Source: a bacterium
GTDB lineage: Bacteria; SAR324; XYD2-FULL-50-16; G965216635
NCBI GenBank assembly: GCA_965216635.1
Contig: OZ244188.1
Location: forward strand, 2,272,001 to 2,336,000
DNA length: 64,000 bases
Direction of reading: 5' to 3'
In this document: in pieces, positions 11,097-21,025 of the stretch
Position numbering within the stretch: position 1 is the stretch's first letter
Layout: each line of letters starts with the position of its first letter
The notes under the pieces: model-generated
Database searches by the model: none
What the model saw: the letters and a program-made list of their open reading frames with translations, nothing else
What the model was told of the DNA's origin: nothing
Made by a program: the position numbers and the translations under genes

Positions 11097-12578
11097 TTAA
11101 AACAAGATTAAAATTTGTTTCACATATACCTCAAACCATTGGAAAAAGAATTTTGGATAAATACCAATCCAAAATATAGCGATCAAAGAAGGCAATAGAA
11201 TACAAAATTCTATTAAACTTAGATCTTTTTTCGTGCGGAAAGAGTTTTCTGGAATAGCACCAAAAAAAATTTTCTGATTTATTCTAAGCATATAAGCGGC
11301 AGAAAGTATTAACCCCAAAGCAGCGAATACAGCAAAGGAAGCTACAGTTTGAAAACTACCGACGAGGATTGTGAACTCACCAACAAATCCATTGGTGCTA
11401 GGAAAACCAATAGATGCCAAGGTGAATATAAAAAAAACAAAACAAAATTTAGGGATTATCCTAGCTAAACCAAAAAAACTACCTACTTGAACAGTCTTAA
11501 AATGGGTATACAAAAAACTTAAAACCAAAAAAAGAGAAGTGGTGATTAAACTATGGTTAATGATTTGTAAAATAGCCCCGTTCCAAGCGAGGGAATGAAA
11601 AGAAAAAACACCTACCAAAATCAACCCAAGGTGGGACATAGAAGAGTAGGCAATCACCATTTTTAAATCTTTTTGGATCATCGCGATAGACGCAGCGTAT
11701 AAAATACTCATAACAGCAAAAACGAGAAAAATAGTTGTGTAGTCTTGTGCAGCTGATGGAAACAAGGGAATAGCCAAACGAAAAAAACCATAAATTCCCA
11801 TTTTAGAAAGTAGTGCTGACATAAAAATTGTCCCCATCCAAGGAGCATTTTTGTAAGCAGCGGGCATCCAGAAATGGAATGGAAATAAAGGGATTTTTAC
11901 CGCAAAAGCAATTGCAAAAGCCCAAAAGAAAATTCCTTCCCAATTCCCCAAATTTAAGTTTTGCCATAGATTCATATCAAAGCTAAATTCGCCTGTTTGT
12001 TGAAAATAGAGAATTCCCAAAACCAAAATAGCAAGGAGCATTAAAAAAGAAGCTCCCATAGTGAAAATAAAAAACTGCAAAGCAGATTTGACTCTATGCT
12101 CCCCACCCCAAAGCACTATAATAAAATAAGTAGGGATTAAAACCAGCTCCCAAAAAATATAAAACAGGAAAATATCTACTGCTAAAAAAACTCCAAGTAA
12201 CCCCGCTTGTAGTATTAAAAGTTGAATACAAAGCCATTTATCTTGACTAATTTTCGCATCTTCACTCAAATAACTATTCCATCCTCCCCAACAAACTATA
12301 GGAAAAATAAGCAATACAAGCAGACACATCACTAGGCTAATGCCGTCTATTCCTAAATGATAAGAAATTCCTAAAAAAGAAATCCAATCCAGTTTTTCTA
12401 CAAACTGGTAACCTACTTTCTGAGTATCAAATAAAAAAGCTAGATACAAACCACAACCCAAAGCTAACAACTGAAAAAAAAGTATCGCGTAACGAAAAAT
12501 TGCTTTCCGTTCTTTTGGTAGCAAGATTAAAAATAAAAACCCTACAATAGGTATGAATAAAATAAAACTTAGAATCAT
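11097..12578 (-). CDS. nuoM: NADH-quinone oxidoreductase subunit M
   Basis: GIDGISL, FYIFWE, KIPLFPFH, IAYSSMSH and GFVGEF. Confidence 0.95.
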   Translation of the reverse strand: MILSFILFIPIVGFLFLILLPKERKAIFRYAILFFQLLALGCGLYLAFLFDTQKVGYQFVEKLDWISFLGISYHLGIDGISLVMCLLVLLIFPIVCWGGWNSYLSEDAKISQDKWLCIQLLILQAGLLGVFLAVDIFLFYIFWELVLIPTYFIIVLWGGEHRVKSALQFFIFTMGASFLMLLAILVLGILYFQQTGEFSFDMNLWQNLNLGNWEGIFFWAFAIAFAVKIPLFPFHFWMPAAYKNAPWMGTIFMSALLSKMGIYGFFRLAIPLFPSAAQDYTTIFLVFAVMSILYAASIAMIQKDLKMVIAYSSMSHLGLILVGVFSFHSLAWNGAILQIINHSLITTSLFLVLSFLYTHFKTVQVGSFFGLARIIPKFCFVFFIFTLASIGFPSTNGFVGEFTILVGSFQTVASFAVFAALGLILSAAYMLRINQKIFFGAIPENSFRTKKDLSLIEFCILLPSLIAIFWIGIYPKFFFQWFEVYVKQILILF

Positions 12579-12595
12579 TATGTAAAAACCTCTGT

Positions 12596-14494
12596 TTAAA
12601 GGATGAGATAAATTAAAATCACAACCCCCAATAAAATTGTCACTGTGTAGCGGAAAAATTTACCATTTTGCCATAAACTTAAAGCCCCTGCTAAAAAATA
12701 AGCACTATTGCTGAAAATTTTAGAACACTGAGGAAAAATTTTTTTTTCTACAAGCTGCAAAAAAATATTTTGTGAAAGAATTTGCAAAGGTTTAATTAAA
12801 ATGAAATTGTAAAGCCGTTCAATATAAAATTTATTTTCTGCAATTTTATAAAAGAAATTAGCTAGAAAGTTGAATTTTTCTTTTTTAGTGACACGATAAT
12901 ATTTAGCCCTCATCCACAACATACCCAACAAAGCTAGAACAACAGATATTGTCACGATTAGCAATTCTGCTTGTTGAGAGACTGGAGGAGTGACGAAAGA
13001 TGCTATAAAAAAAGAATGAAAATAACTAGAAAACAGATTTTTCAATCCTAAAAAATGAGGCAAGCCTAAAAAGCCTATCAAAATAGAGCTACCTGCTAAA
13101 ACTAACAAAACAGAGTGCATGGTTAAAGGTAGTTTTTTAGGAGTATGCAGTAACTTTTCATCGGAATAAAAAATCAAATTCATCATACGATAAGTGTAGA
13201 TAGAAGAGAAAAAAACTGTCAAAATTCCTACTCCTAAAAACCATTGTGCGTAAAAAGAGCCTTGATAAACCTGCCACAAAATTTCATCCTTACTAAAAAA
13301 TCCAGAAGCTAAAGGTAGCCCAGCCAAACACCAAGCCCCTATAGAAAAAGGTAACCATATTTGAGGTATTTTTTTTTTCAAAGCACCCATTTTTCTTAGA
13401 TCCTGTTCGTGGTGCAATACATAAATCAAAGCACCCGCGCTCAAAAAGAGCAGTGCCTTAAAAAAAGCGTGAGTAGTCAAATGGAAAATGGCACTAGAAA
13501 AGGCACCCACCCCTAAAGCCATAAACATATACCCGAGTTGGCTAATAGTAGAATAAGCTAAAATTTTTTTCACATCGTTTTGCACAGTCGCTATCAAAGA
13601 GCCGAGCAAAGCTGTAGTTGTGCCTACGATGAGTATGATAGACAATACTAAAGGTGATAGAATAAAAAGAAAATGAAACTTTGCCAATAGATAAATTCCG
13701 GCTGTCACCATTGTAGCAGCGTGAATCAAGGCAGACACTGGCGTTGGTGCCTCCATAGCGTCTGGCAACCAAATATGCAGAGGTATTTGAGCCGACTTTG
13801 CTGTAGCGCTCAAAAACAACAACAGAGTCAGCCAGTTAATCCAAATCTGATCAGGTTGTGAATTTGCGAGACTGCTTTTTATAGCAGAAATTTCAAAACT
13901 ACTAAACAAAGCAAAAGCAAGCATTAAGGTTATTACAAAACAAAAATCTCCAATACGATTAACTACAAAGGCTTTTTTAGCAGCTTTTGCTGCAGCATCT
14001 TTTTCCAGATAAAACCCAATCAAAAGATAAGAGCAAAGCCCCACCCCTTCCCATCCCAAAAATAAAAAAACAAGATTGTCTGCCATCACTAAAATAAGCA
14101 TAAAAAAGACAAACAAATTCAAAAAACTAAAAAAACGAGCATTAGAATTTTCGTTTTTCATATAGCCTATGGAATAGAGATGGATTAAAAAACCCACGCC
14201 TGTAATAATCAACACCATCACAAAAGAAAGAGAATCCAAAAGAAAACTTACCGCTACTTGAAAATCTCCAATTTCTAGCCAAGGATAAAAATAATATTCA
14301 AAATTTTGCTCCCCAAAATTATCCGCACCACTCAAAAAAGAAGAAAAAAGAAAGAGACAAAGCACAAAAGAGCAAAAAACACTCGCTGTGCCGATAATGC
14401 CAGTTTGCACCCTTTTTAATTTTTGTCCTAAAAAGAGTAAAAACAAAGAGCTCAACAATGGGAAAAAAGGTATGAGGATTAGAATATTAGACAT
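12596..14494 (-). CDS. nuoL: NADH-quinone oxidoreductase subunit L
   Basis: GWEGVG, NRIGD, KSAQIPLHIWLPDAMEAPTPVSALIHAATMV and HAFFKAL. Confidence 0.97.
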   Translation of the reverse strand: MSNILILIPFFPLLSSLFLLFLGQKLKRVQTGIIGTASVFCSFVLCLFLFSSFLSGADNFGEQNFEYYFYPWLEIGDFQVAVSFLLDSLSFVMVLIITGVGFLIHLYSIGYMKNENSNARFFSFLNLFVFFMLILVMADNLVFLFLGWEGVGLCSYLLIGFYLEKDAAAKAAKKAFVVNRIGDFCFVITLMLAFALFSSFEISAIKSSLANSQPDQIWINWLTLLLFLSATAKSAQIPLHIWLPDAMEAPTPVSALIHAATMVTAGIYLLAKFHFLFILSPLVLSIILIVGTTTALLGSLIATVQNDVKKILAYSTISQLGYMFMALGVGAFSSAIFHLTTHAFFKALLFLSAGALIYVLHHEQDLRKMGALKKKIPQIWLPFSIGAWCLAGLPLASGFFSKDEILWQVYQGSFYAQWFLGVGILTVFFSSIYTYRMMNLIFYSDEKLLHTPKKLPLTMHSVLLVLAGSSILIGFLGLPHFLGLKNLFSSYFHSFFIASFVTPPVSQQAELLIVTISVVLALLGMLWMRAKYYRVTKKEKFNFLANFFYKIAENKFYIERLYNFILIKPLQILSQNIFLQLVEKKIFPQCSKIFSNSAYFLAGALSLWQNGKFFRYTVTILLGVVILIYLIL

Positions 14495-14727
14495 AAAAAT
14501 AAATATAGAAAGCTTTGAATTAAGTATTTATTTTAACCCTAAAAAAAAATTAAAAGCAATACAAAAGCCTCTAAAAACAATTAAAACAAAAAAAAATTGT
14601 AAAAAATAAAAAGATGCCAATAGTCACTAAATACTATTGACAAGAAAATTTTTTTCTGCAAATATTTTATAAAAATAAGCAGAAACACTACAAAACTGCA
14701 GGGGACATTTTTATAATAGCATAACAT

Positions 14728-14904
14728 GTAGAGACGCCCTATAGGGCGTCTTATACGATGTGCATAAACCACAAAAAGCAGTTTTTAATAAACGTTCTAA
14801 ATTTATGAGACGCCCATATAGGACGTCTCTACAGACCTACATATTTTAATAAACGTTCTAAATTTATGAGACGCCCATATAGGACGTCTCTACAGACCTA
14901 CATA
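14728..14904. repeat. REP-like palindrome plus two tandem 61-bp units
   Basis: gtagagacgccctatagggcgtct, then 2 x (ttttaataaacgttctaaatttatgagacgcccatataggacgtctctacagacctacata). Confidence 0.85.
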
Positions 14905-15003
14905 AAATAAAAAATACCCCCCTGCAATGTATTTGTTTTTTTTATTTGCTTTTAAAGTGTTTTTCTGTAATTATTTTTATAAAAATAAGCAGAAAAAATA
15001 AAA

Positions 15004-15246
15004 AACTTTTGAATTAGCGTTCTGTTTAGCCAAAACAAGCTTATTGCTTGACGCTTTTTGTGGGCTATTTGTGAAACAGCCAAAGGGCTGTTTCACAGTT
15101 CATTCTTGCTTAATGCAAGGTTTATAGTGTTTTTTACTACGCCATTAAAAAAAAATTTTAACTCTTGAAATATTACATATATTCCTGCGAGCTAAAATTT
15201 TTTTTTGCCTTGCCTAGCCGTCACATAACGCAAATTCAAAGGTCTA
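15004..15246. mobile_element. MITE-like element, long copy
   Basis: acttttgaatt ... aattcaaaggtcta ends. Internal hairpin tgtgaaacagcc-aaag-ggctgtttcaca. Confidence 0.7.
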
Positions 15247-15335
15247 TAAAAAACTGCCAACAACCAATAGTTTGCTATTATTGTTTTTTTCTGTTACTTT
15301 TTAATTTAATACTAACTTTTTCATTACAAATAATT

Positions 15336-16703
15336 ATGAAAAACACAAATTCCCAAGTTTTAAGGAAAACTTTCGCTTTTTCGCTGGCTCGTTTTACTTT
15401 GGTTCGTTTCGTTTTGGCTCGTTTCGTTTTGGCAGCTATTCTTATTCCCGCTCTTCTTATAGGAAGTGCCTTTACTTTTGGAGGCAGCAATCTGCAAGCA
15501 CAGGCGGTTCAAAGCAGCCCAAATGGTCAGAGCAGCAAACAGGGATTTTTCGTTGGCATTGTCTATCTAAATGGTTTTAAAGTGGATAGCACAAAAACTG
15601 TCACCACAAATATCACAACTATTACTGACGCTACTACTACAGGCTATAAAATAGATAGAAATAGTGGCAATAACGGCTATGGAGCGACGACCTCTAGCAT
15701 AGACGCCGCTGGTGGTGTTACTGGCTGGACCCCTGCACAAGAAACTGGAGTCAGAACTTTAGTAGAGGAAAACTGTAAAGATGGTAAAACAACAAGTGTT
15801 GATATAAAGGAAGATGGAGAATACTTTTTCGGAGTTAATAATTTTACTTCCTTTGATCCTGGTGCAAAACCGTCTACAACTGATATTGCTGCTGGAGATG
15901 CTACTGTAACTCTAGGCAAGGGCGGCTCCTTTTCAATAGGAAAGGGGCAAAACAAATCCTATTGTTACGTATACTTTTCCAAAAATAATCTTTCAGAATA
16001 TCAGATTGCGACTCCAGATTCAACTCCAGCTCCAACTTCTATGACTGAATATCCAAGAACCACTAGCACCAAGGGCGATAAACTCTCAGGTATTGGTCTG
16101 CAATTCGGCTTTAGGTGGGAAAAATGGAGAGCCTCCTTGACTCACTTCACTGGCAAGGGGGGAGCTAACGAGCTCGCCAATACACTAGTTATGGCGGATT
16201 ATTTTGTCAACAAGGGTCTTTTTGTAGGAGGCGGTCTAGCGAGTATGAAGCTTACCAATAGCTTAACTAGCGGCTCTGCCACAAGTCCCGCGGTGCGAAT
16301 CGGCTATAAAAAGAACTTAACCTCCAACCTGTCGCTCAATTTTGGCTTGACGAAGTATATCTCGGGTGTTTCTCTAAACCATACGGCTACGGCTACGGAT
16401 ACGGATGTGACTCCTGCTCCTGAAACTATTTCCATTTACGAAGTCAAAAAACAGACTGCAAGTGATTCAGCAACAATTGGAGCTCTCAGTCAAATTCCTG
16501 GCGGTGACACGAGATTCGTATTCCTTGCGAGAGATTTGGATTACAGAATAGAAGTGACCCAAGTCCTCAGCAGAACTGTATATATAGACAAATTCCAGAT
16601 TCCAGCAGGAGCCTCAGAAACTAAGACAACCACAACCACCGAGACCGATGCCGAACTCAAAGCACCCCTCGTCATCAGCCTCTCCCTCCATTTGAGTTTT
16701 TAA
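15336..16703 (+). CDS. Outer-membrane beta-barrel surface protein, paralog 1
   Basis: Probable start MKNTNSQ (the upstream extension in the ORF track is partly MITE DNA). Signal peptide ending LQA, amphipathic beta-strands, C-terminal Phe. Confidence 0.7.
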   Translation: MKNTNSQVLRKTFAFSLARFTLVRFVLARFVLAAILIPALLIGSAFTFGGSNLQAQAVQSSPNGQSSKQGFFVGIVYLNGFKVDSTKTVTTNITTITDATTTGYKIDRNSGNNGYGATTSSIDAAGGVTGWTPAQETGVRTLVEENCKDGKTTSVDIKEDGEYFFGVNNFTSFDPGAKPSTTDIAAGDATVTLGKGGSFSIGKGQNKSYCYVYFSKNNLSEYQIATPDSTPAPTSMTEYPRTTSTKGDKLSGIGLQFGFRWEKWRASLTHFTGKGGANELANTLVMADYFVNKGLFVGGGLASMKLTNSLTSGSATSPAVRIGYKKNLTSNLSLNFGLTKYISGVSLNHTATATDTDVTPAPETISIYEVKKQTASDSATIGALSQIPGGDTRFVFLARDLDYRIEVTQVLSRTVYIDKFQIPAGASETKTTTTTETDAELKAPLVISLSLHLSF

Positions 16704-16744
16704 GAAAAAAAACTGCAGGGAACATTTTTATAATAGCATAACAT

Positions 16745-17043
16745 GTAGAGACGCCCTATAGGGCGTATTATACGATGTGCATAAACCACAAAAAGCAGTT
16801 TTTAATAAACGTTCTAAATTTATGAGACGCCCATATAGGACGTCTCTACAGACCTACATATTTTAATAAACGTTCTAAATTTATGAGACGCCCATACAGG
16901 ACGTCTCTACAGACCTACATATTTTAATAAACGTTCTAAATTTATGAGACGCCCATATAGGACGTCTCTACAGACCTACATATTTTAATAAACGTTCTAA
17001 ATTTATGAGACGCCCATATAGGACGTCTCTACAGACCTACATA
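16745..17043. repeat. REP-like palindrome plus four tandem 61-bp units
   Basis: Same unit as 14783-14904, four copies at 16800-17043. Confidence 0.9.
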
Positions 17044-17142
17044 AAATAAAAAATACCTCCCTGCAACGCATTTGTTTTTTTTATTTGCTTTTAAAGTGTT
17101 TTTCTGTAATTATTTTTATAAAAATAAGCAGAAAAAATAAAA

Positions 17143-17385
17143 AACTTTTGAATTAGCGTTCTGTTTAGCCAAAACAAGCTTATTGCTTGACGCTTTTTGT
17201 GGGATATTTGTGAAACAGCCAAAGGGCTGTTTCACAGTTCATTCTTGCTTAATGCAAGGTTTATAGTGTTTTTTACTACGCCATTAAAAAAAAATTTTAA
17301 CTCTTGAAATATTACATATATTCCTGCGAGCTAAAATTTTTTTTTGCCTTGCCTAGCCGTCACATAACGCAAATTCAAAGGTCTA
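17143..17385. mobile_element. MITE-like element, long copy (part of a segmental duplication)
   Basis: Near-identical to 15004-15246. Confidence 0.7.
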
Positions 17386-17474
17386 TAAAAAACTGCCAAC
17401 AACCAATAGTTTGCTATTATTGTTTTTTTATGTTAATTTTTATTTTAATACTAACTTTTTTATTACAAATGATT

Positions 17475-18857
17475 ATGAAAAACACAAATTCCCAAGTTTT
17501 AAGGAAAACTTTCGCTTTTTCGCTGGTTCGTTTTATTTTGGTTCGTTTTACTCTGGCTCGTTTTACTCTGGCTCGTTTTACTCTGGCTCGTTTCGTTTTG
17601 GTAGCTATTCTTATTCCCGCTCTTCTTATAGGAAGTGCCTTTACTTTTGGAGGCAGCAATCTGCAAGCCCAGGCGGTTCAAAGCAGCAGCAAGCAAGGAT
17701 TTTTCGTTGGTATTGCCTATTTAAATGGTTTTAAGGTAGATAGCAGCACTAAAACCACTGGAGTCACTGATGCTATCACTACTACTACAACAAGTACTAC
17801 CGACACATCCTATAATGTTTCCTATTCAGATATCACCACTAACATAGAAGCAGACGCTACCTACTGGGGTATAGCTATACAGAGAGGCGCAAAATCTCTT
17901 TTACAAAAAAACTGTGCGGAAGGAGCTACGAATGTTGCCCTAGGAATAGATACATATTTGTTCTCTAAAGCTACTTTTGATAGCTTTGATGAAGGCACAA
18001 GGGAGCAGGTAGGGACTACAGTCACGACAAGCGACACTAATGGCAACTATTTTTCAACCTCTAATGCATGTCTAGATTACTTTAGTTCTGATGGTTTATT
18101 TGTTTTGCCAACAGTGCCCGACGATACTACAGTGCTAGATTCAGCAGCAACAACACCACCACCAACAGACACATTGATAACAACGACCAACAAGAGCGAT
18201 AAAATCTCAGGTATTGGTCTGCAATTCGGCTTTAGGTGGGAAAAATGGAGAGCCTCCTTGACGCACTTCACTGGCAAGGGGGGAGCTAACGAGCTCGCCA
18301 ATACGCTAGTTATGGCGGATTATTTTGTAAACGAGGATTTTTTTGTAGGAGGCGGTCTAGCGAGTATGAAACTTACCAATGGTTCTGCTAGTGGCTCTGC
18401 CACAAGTCCAGCGCTTAGAGTCGGCTATAAGAGAAACTTAACCTCCAACATATCGCTCAATTTTGGCTTGACGAAGTATATCTCGGGGGTTTCTCTAAAA
18501 AACAGCACAGCTCCGACGACTACTCCCTATACTGATAGCGATTCCAATTTAGATCCTGGTACTCCAACCATCTTTGACACCAGTTTTCAGGAAGGAGAAA
18601 GATCAGCAATGGTTGGCTATATATTAAAAAGAACACCAAGTGGTACAAGTCGTGTAAATTTTGACGACACCGATAGTAAACCGAATGATTTGCGAGTACA
18701 AGCAACCCAATCTGGGAGCAGAACCGTTACTGTAGAGCAAACCATTGAGACTGTCACTACAACCACAACAGAAGGAACAATAAAAACAACTACAGAAACC
18801 GATGCCGAACTCAAAGCACCACTCGTCATCAGCATTTCCTTCCACTTGAGTTTTTAA
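17475..18857 (+). CDS. Outer-membrane beta-barrel surface protein, paralog 2
   Basis: Signal, core and C-terminus near-identical to paralog 1, with divergent inserts. 15-bp (FTLAR) repeats in the signal region. Confidence 0.7.
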   Translation: MKNTNSQVLRKTFAFSLVRFILVRFTLARFTLARFTLARFVLVAILIPALLIGSAFTFGGSNLQAQAVQSSSKQGFFVGIAYLNGFKVDSSTKTTGVTDAITTTTTSTTDTSYNVSYSDITTNIEADATYWGIAIQRGAKSLLQKNCAEGATNVALGIDTYLFSKATFDSFDEGTREQVGTTVTTSDTNGNYFSTSNACLDYFSSDGLFVLPTVPDDTTVLDSAATTPPPTDTLITTTNKSDKISGIGLQFGFRWEKWRASLTHFTGKGGANELANTLVMADYFVNEDFFVGGGLASMKLTNGSASGSATSPALRVGYKRNLTSNISLNFGLTKYISGVSLKNSTAPTTTPYTDSDSNLDPGTPTIFDTSFQEGERSAMVGYILKRTPSGTSRVNFDDTDSKPNDLRVQATQSGSRTVTVEQTIETVTTTTTEGTIKTTTETDAELKAPLVISISFHLSF

Positions 18858-18965
18858 GAAAAAAAACTGCGTCCCCGCCCCACAAATACACCAAAAAAAG
18901 ATAGATTAATGTTGGAATAAATAATATAGTGGTTTAATTGAGTAACAATCCAATCCTAAAAAATA

Positions 18966-20075
18966 ATGAAAACAAAAGCAGCAATAGCTTGGGAAGCAAA
19001 AAAACCTCTTGAAATAGAAGAAATAGAAGTGATGGCTCCACAAGAAGGAGAGGTGTTATTAAAAGTGGTTGCTTCGGGAGTTTGCCATACAGACGCTTTT
19101 ACTCTATCAGGGGAAGATCCGATGGCTTCTTTTCCTTGCGTTTTGGGTCACGAAGGTGGCTGTGAAGTGGTAGAATTGGGAGCGAATGTCAAAAATCTCA
19201 AAGTGGGAGACCGTGCAATTCCGCTTTATATTCCAGAATGTGGAGATTGTGAGTATTGCAATTCTAAAAAAACAAACCTGTGTCAATCTATCGCAGGCAC
19301 AGTTTGGACTGGATATATGCCGGACGGGACGCGTAGGTTTTCAAAAAACAGCAAGCAGATTTTTCATTATATGGGCTGCTCTACATTTTCCGAATATACG
19401 GTTGTGCCTGAAATTGCCATTGCAAAAATCAATAGCACTGCTCCTTTAGAAAAGGTATGCTTGCTTGGTTGTGGAGTTACTACTGGGATTGGTGCAGTTC
19501 TCAACACCGCAAAAGTAGAGGCTGGCTCTACTGTGGCTATCTTTGGTTTAGGGGGTATTGGCTTATCCTGTATTCAAGGCTGTGTGATGGCTAAAGCAAA
19601 AAGAATTATCGCCATTGATATAAACCCTGACAAGTTTGAATTTGCTAAACAACTAGGAGCAAACGATTTTATTAACCCCAAAGAGATAAATGGCTCTTTT
19701 GTAGAATATATGCAAGATACTTACGATGGGGGTCCTGATTATTCTTTTGAGTGTATTGGTAATACGAAAGTTATGCGTAACGCACTGGAGTGCACTCATA
19801 AAGGTTGGGGCGTTTCTACAATTATAGGAGTAGCAGGACAAGGACAAACAATTGAAACTAGACCTTATAATTTAGTGGGAGGCCGCACTTGGAAAGGAAC
19901 AGCTTTTGGCGGAGTTAAAGGCAGAAGTCAACTACCGGGCTACGTAGAAAAATATCTAAAAGGAGAAATTGAATTGGATACGATGGTTACCCATACTATG
20001 CCTTTGACAGATATTAATAAGGCTTTTGATTTGATGCACGAAGGAAAAAGTATTCGCTCTGTTATTCATTTTTAA
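18966..20075 (+). CDS. frmA: S-(hydroxymethyl)glutathione dehydrogenase / class III alcohol dehydrogenase
   Basis: [16 protein letters not shown], Zn-binding Cys cluster, LECTHKGWG and GTAFGG. Confidence 0.95.
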   Translation: MKTKAAIAWEAKKPLEIEEIEVMAPQEGEVLLKVVASGVCHTDAFTLSGEDPMASFPCVLGHEGGCEVVELGANVKNLKVGDRAIPLYIPECGDCEYCNSKKTNLCQSIAGTVWTGYMPDGTRRFSKNSKQIFHYMGCSTFSEYTVVPEIAIAKINSTAPLEKVCLLGCGVTTGIGAVLNTAKVEAGSTVAIFGLGGIGLSCIQGCVMAKAKRIIAIDINPDKFEFAKQLGANDFINPKEINGSFVEYMQDTYDGGPDYSFECIGNTKVMRNALECTHKGWGVSTIIGVAGQGQTIETRPYNLVGGRTWKGTAFGGVKGRSQLPGYVEKYLKGEIELDTMVTHTMPLTDINKAFDLMHEGKSIRSVIHF

Positions 20076-20160
20076 CTATTATTCATTTTTAACTATTATT
20101 TATTTTTAACTATTATTTATTTTTAACTATTATTTATTTTTAACTATTATTCATTTTTAA
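20062..20160 (+). repeat. Tandem 17-bp repeat, ~6 copies (ttatt[c/t]atttttaacta)
   Basis: Starts in the last codons of frmA and fills the frmA-frmB gap. Confidence 0.9.
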
Positions 20161-20161
20161 G

Positions 20162-20998
20162 ATGAAACAAATAGAATCTATTAAAGAGTTTTCTGGTTAT
20201 CTAAACCGTTACGAGCACAACTCTGTGAGTTGTAATTGCAAAATGACTTTTTCTGTTTATTTGCCCGAGCAGAAAAGGTCAACAAAAATCCCTGCTTTAT
20301 ATTGGCTTTCTGGATTGAGCTGTACAGACGATAATGCACGCACCAAAGGTGGAATGCAACGTTACGCCGCTGAACACGGAATAGCTATTATTTTTCCCGA
20401 TACAAGTCCAAGAGGAGAAGACGTGCCAGACGAAGATAGATACGATTTGGGTCAAGGAGCTGGTTTTTATACTAATGCCACTCAATCACCTTGGAATAAG
20501 CACTACCAAATGTACGACTATGTAGTAGAAGAATTGCCTAATCTATTAGAAAAAAATCTTCCTTTAATTCCCAATTTAAAATCTATTATAGGGCATTCTA
20601 TGGGAGGACACGGAGCTTTGGTTTGTGCTTTAAAAAACCCAAGAAACTATCAATCTGTTTCTGCTTTTGCTCCCATTAGTAATCCTGTAGCAGTGAAGTG
20701 GGGCGAAGGATGTTTTACTGCTTATCTAGGAGAAAATAAAAATACATGGCTGGATTACGATGCAACAGAATTGATTAAAGCGAGCAAAAAAGTAAAGCAT
20801 ATACTCGTAGACCAAGGAGAGGCAGATGAATTTTATAAAGACAAAAGTCTATTGCCAGAAAACCTATCTGCTGCGTGCGAGCACGCGAATCAACCGCTAA
20901 CTTTAAGAATACAAAAAGGTTATAACCACAGCTACCACTTTATCGCCAGTTTTATTGGCGAGCATATAGCCTACCACGCAAAAGCATTGAAAAAGTAG
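20162..20998 (+). CDS. frmB: S-formylglutathione hydrolase
   Basis: LYWLSGLSCT, PDTSPRG, GAGFY, GHSMGGHGA and YNHSY. Confidence 0.95.
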   Translation: MKQIESIKEFSGYLNRYEHNSVSCNCKMTFSVYLPEQKRSTKIPALYWLSGLSCTDDNARTKGGMQRYAAEHGIAIIFPDTSPRGEDVPDEDRYDLGQGAGFYTNATQSPWNKHYQMYDYVVEELPNLLEKNLPLIPNLKSIIGHSMGGHGALVCALKNPRNYQSVSAFAPISNPVAVKWGEGCFTAYLGENKNTWLDYDATELIKASKKVKHILVDQGEADEFYKDKSLLPENLSAACEHANQPLTLRIQKGYNHSYHFIASFIGEHIAYHAKALKK

Positions 20999-21025
20999 AG
21001 GGCTTTTTTTAGAGGCAGTTATTCT

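Noticed and set aside
15165..15335. N-terminal extensions of the surface-protein ORFs (also 17304-17474) and of gmk (42306-42362)
   Set aside because: They begin inside MITE DNA. Downstream ATGs give more plausible N-termini.
15590..18790. Diversity-generating retroelement as the cause of surface-protein variability
   Set aside because: No reverse transcriptase and no template/variable repeat pair with adenine-specific differences. The inserts are wholesale different.
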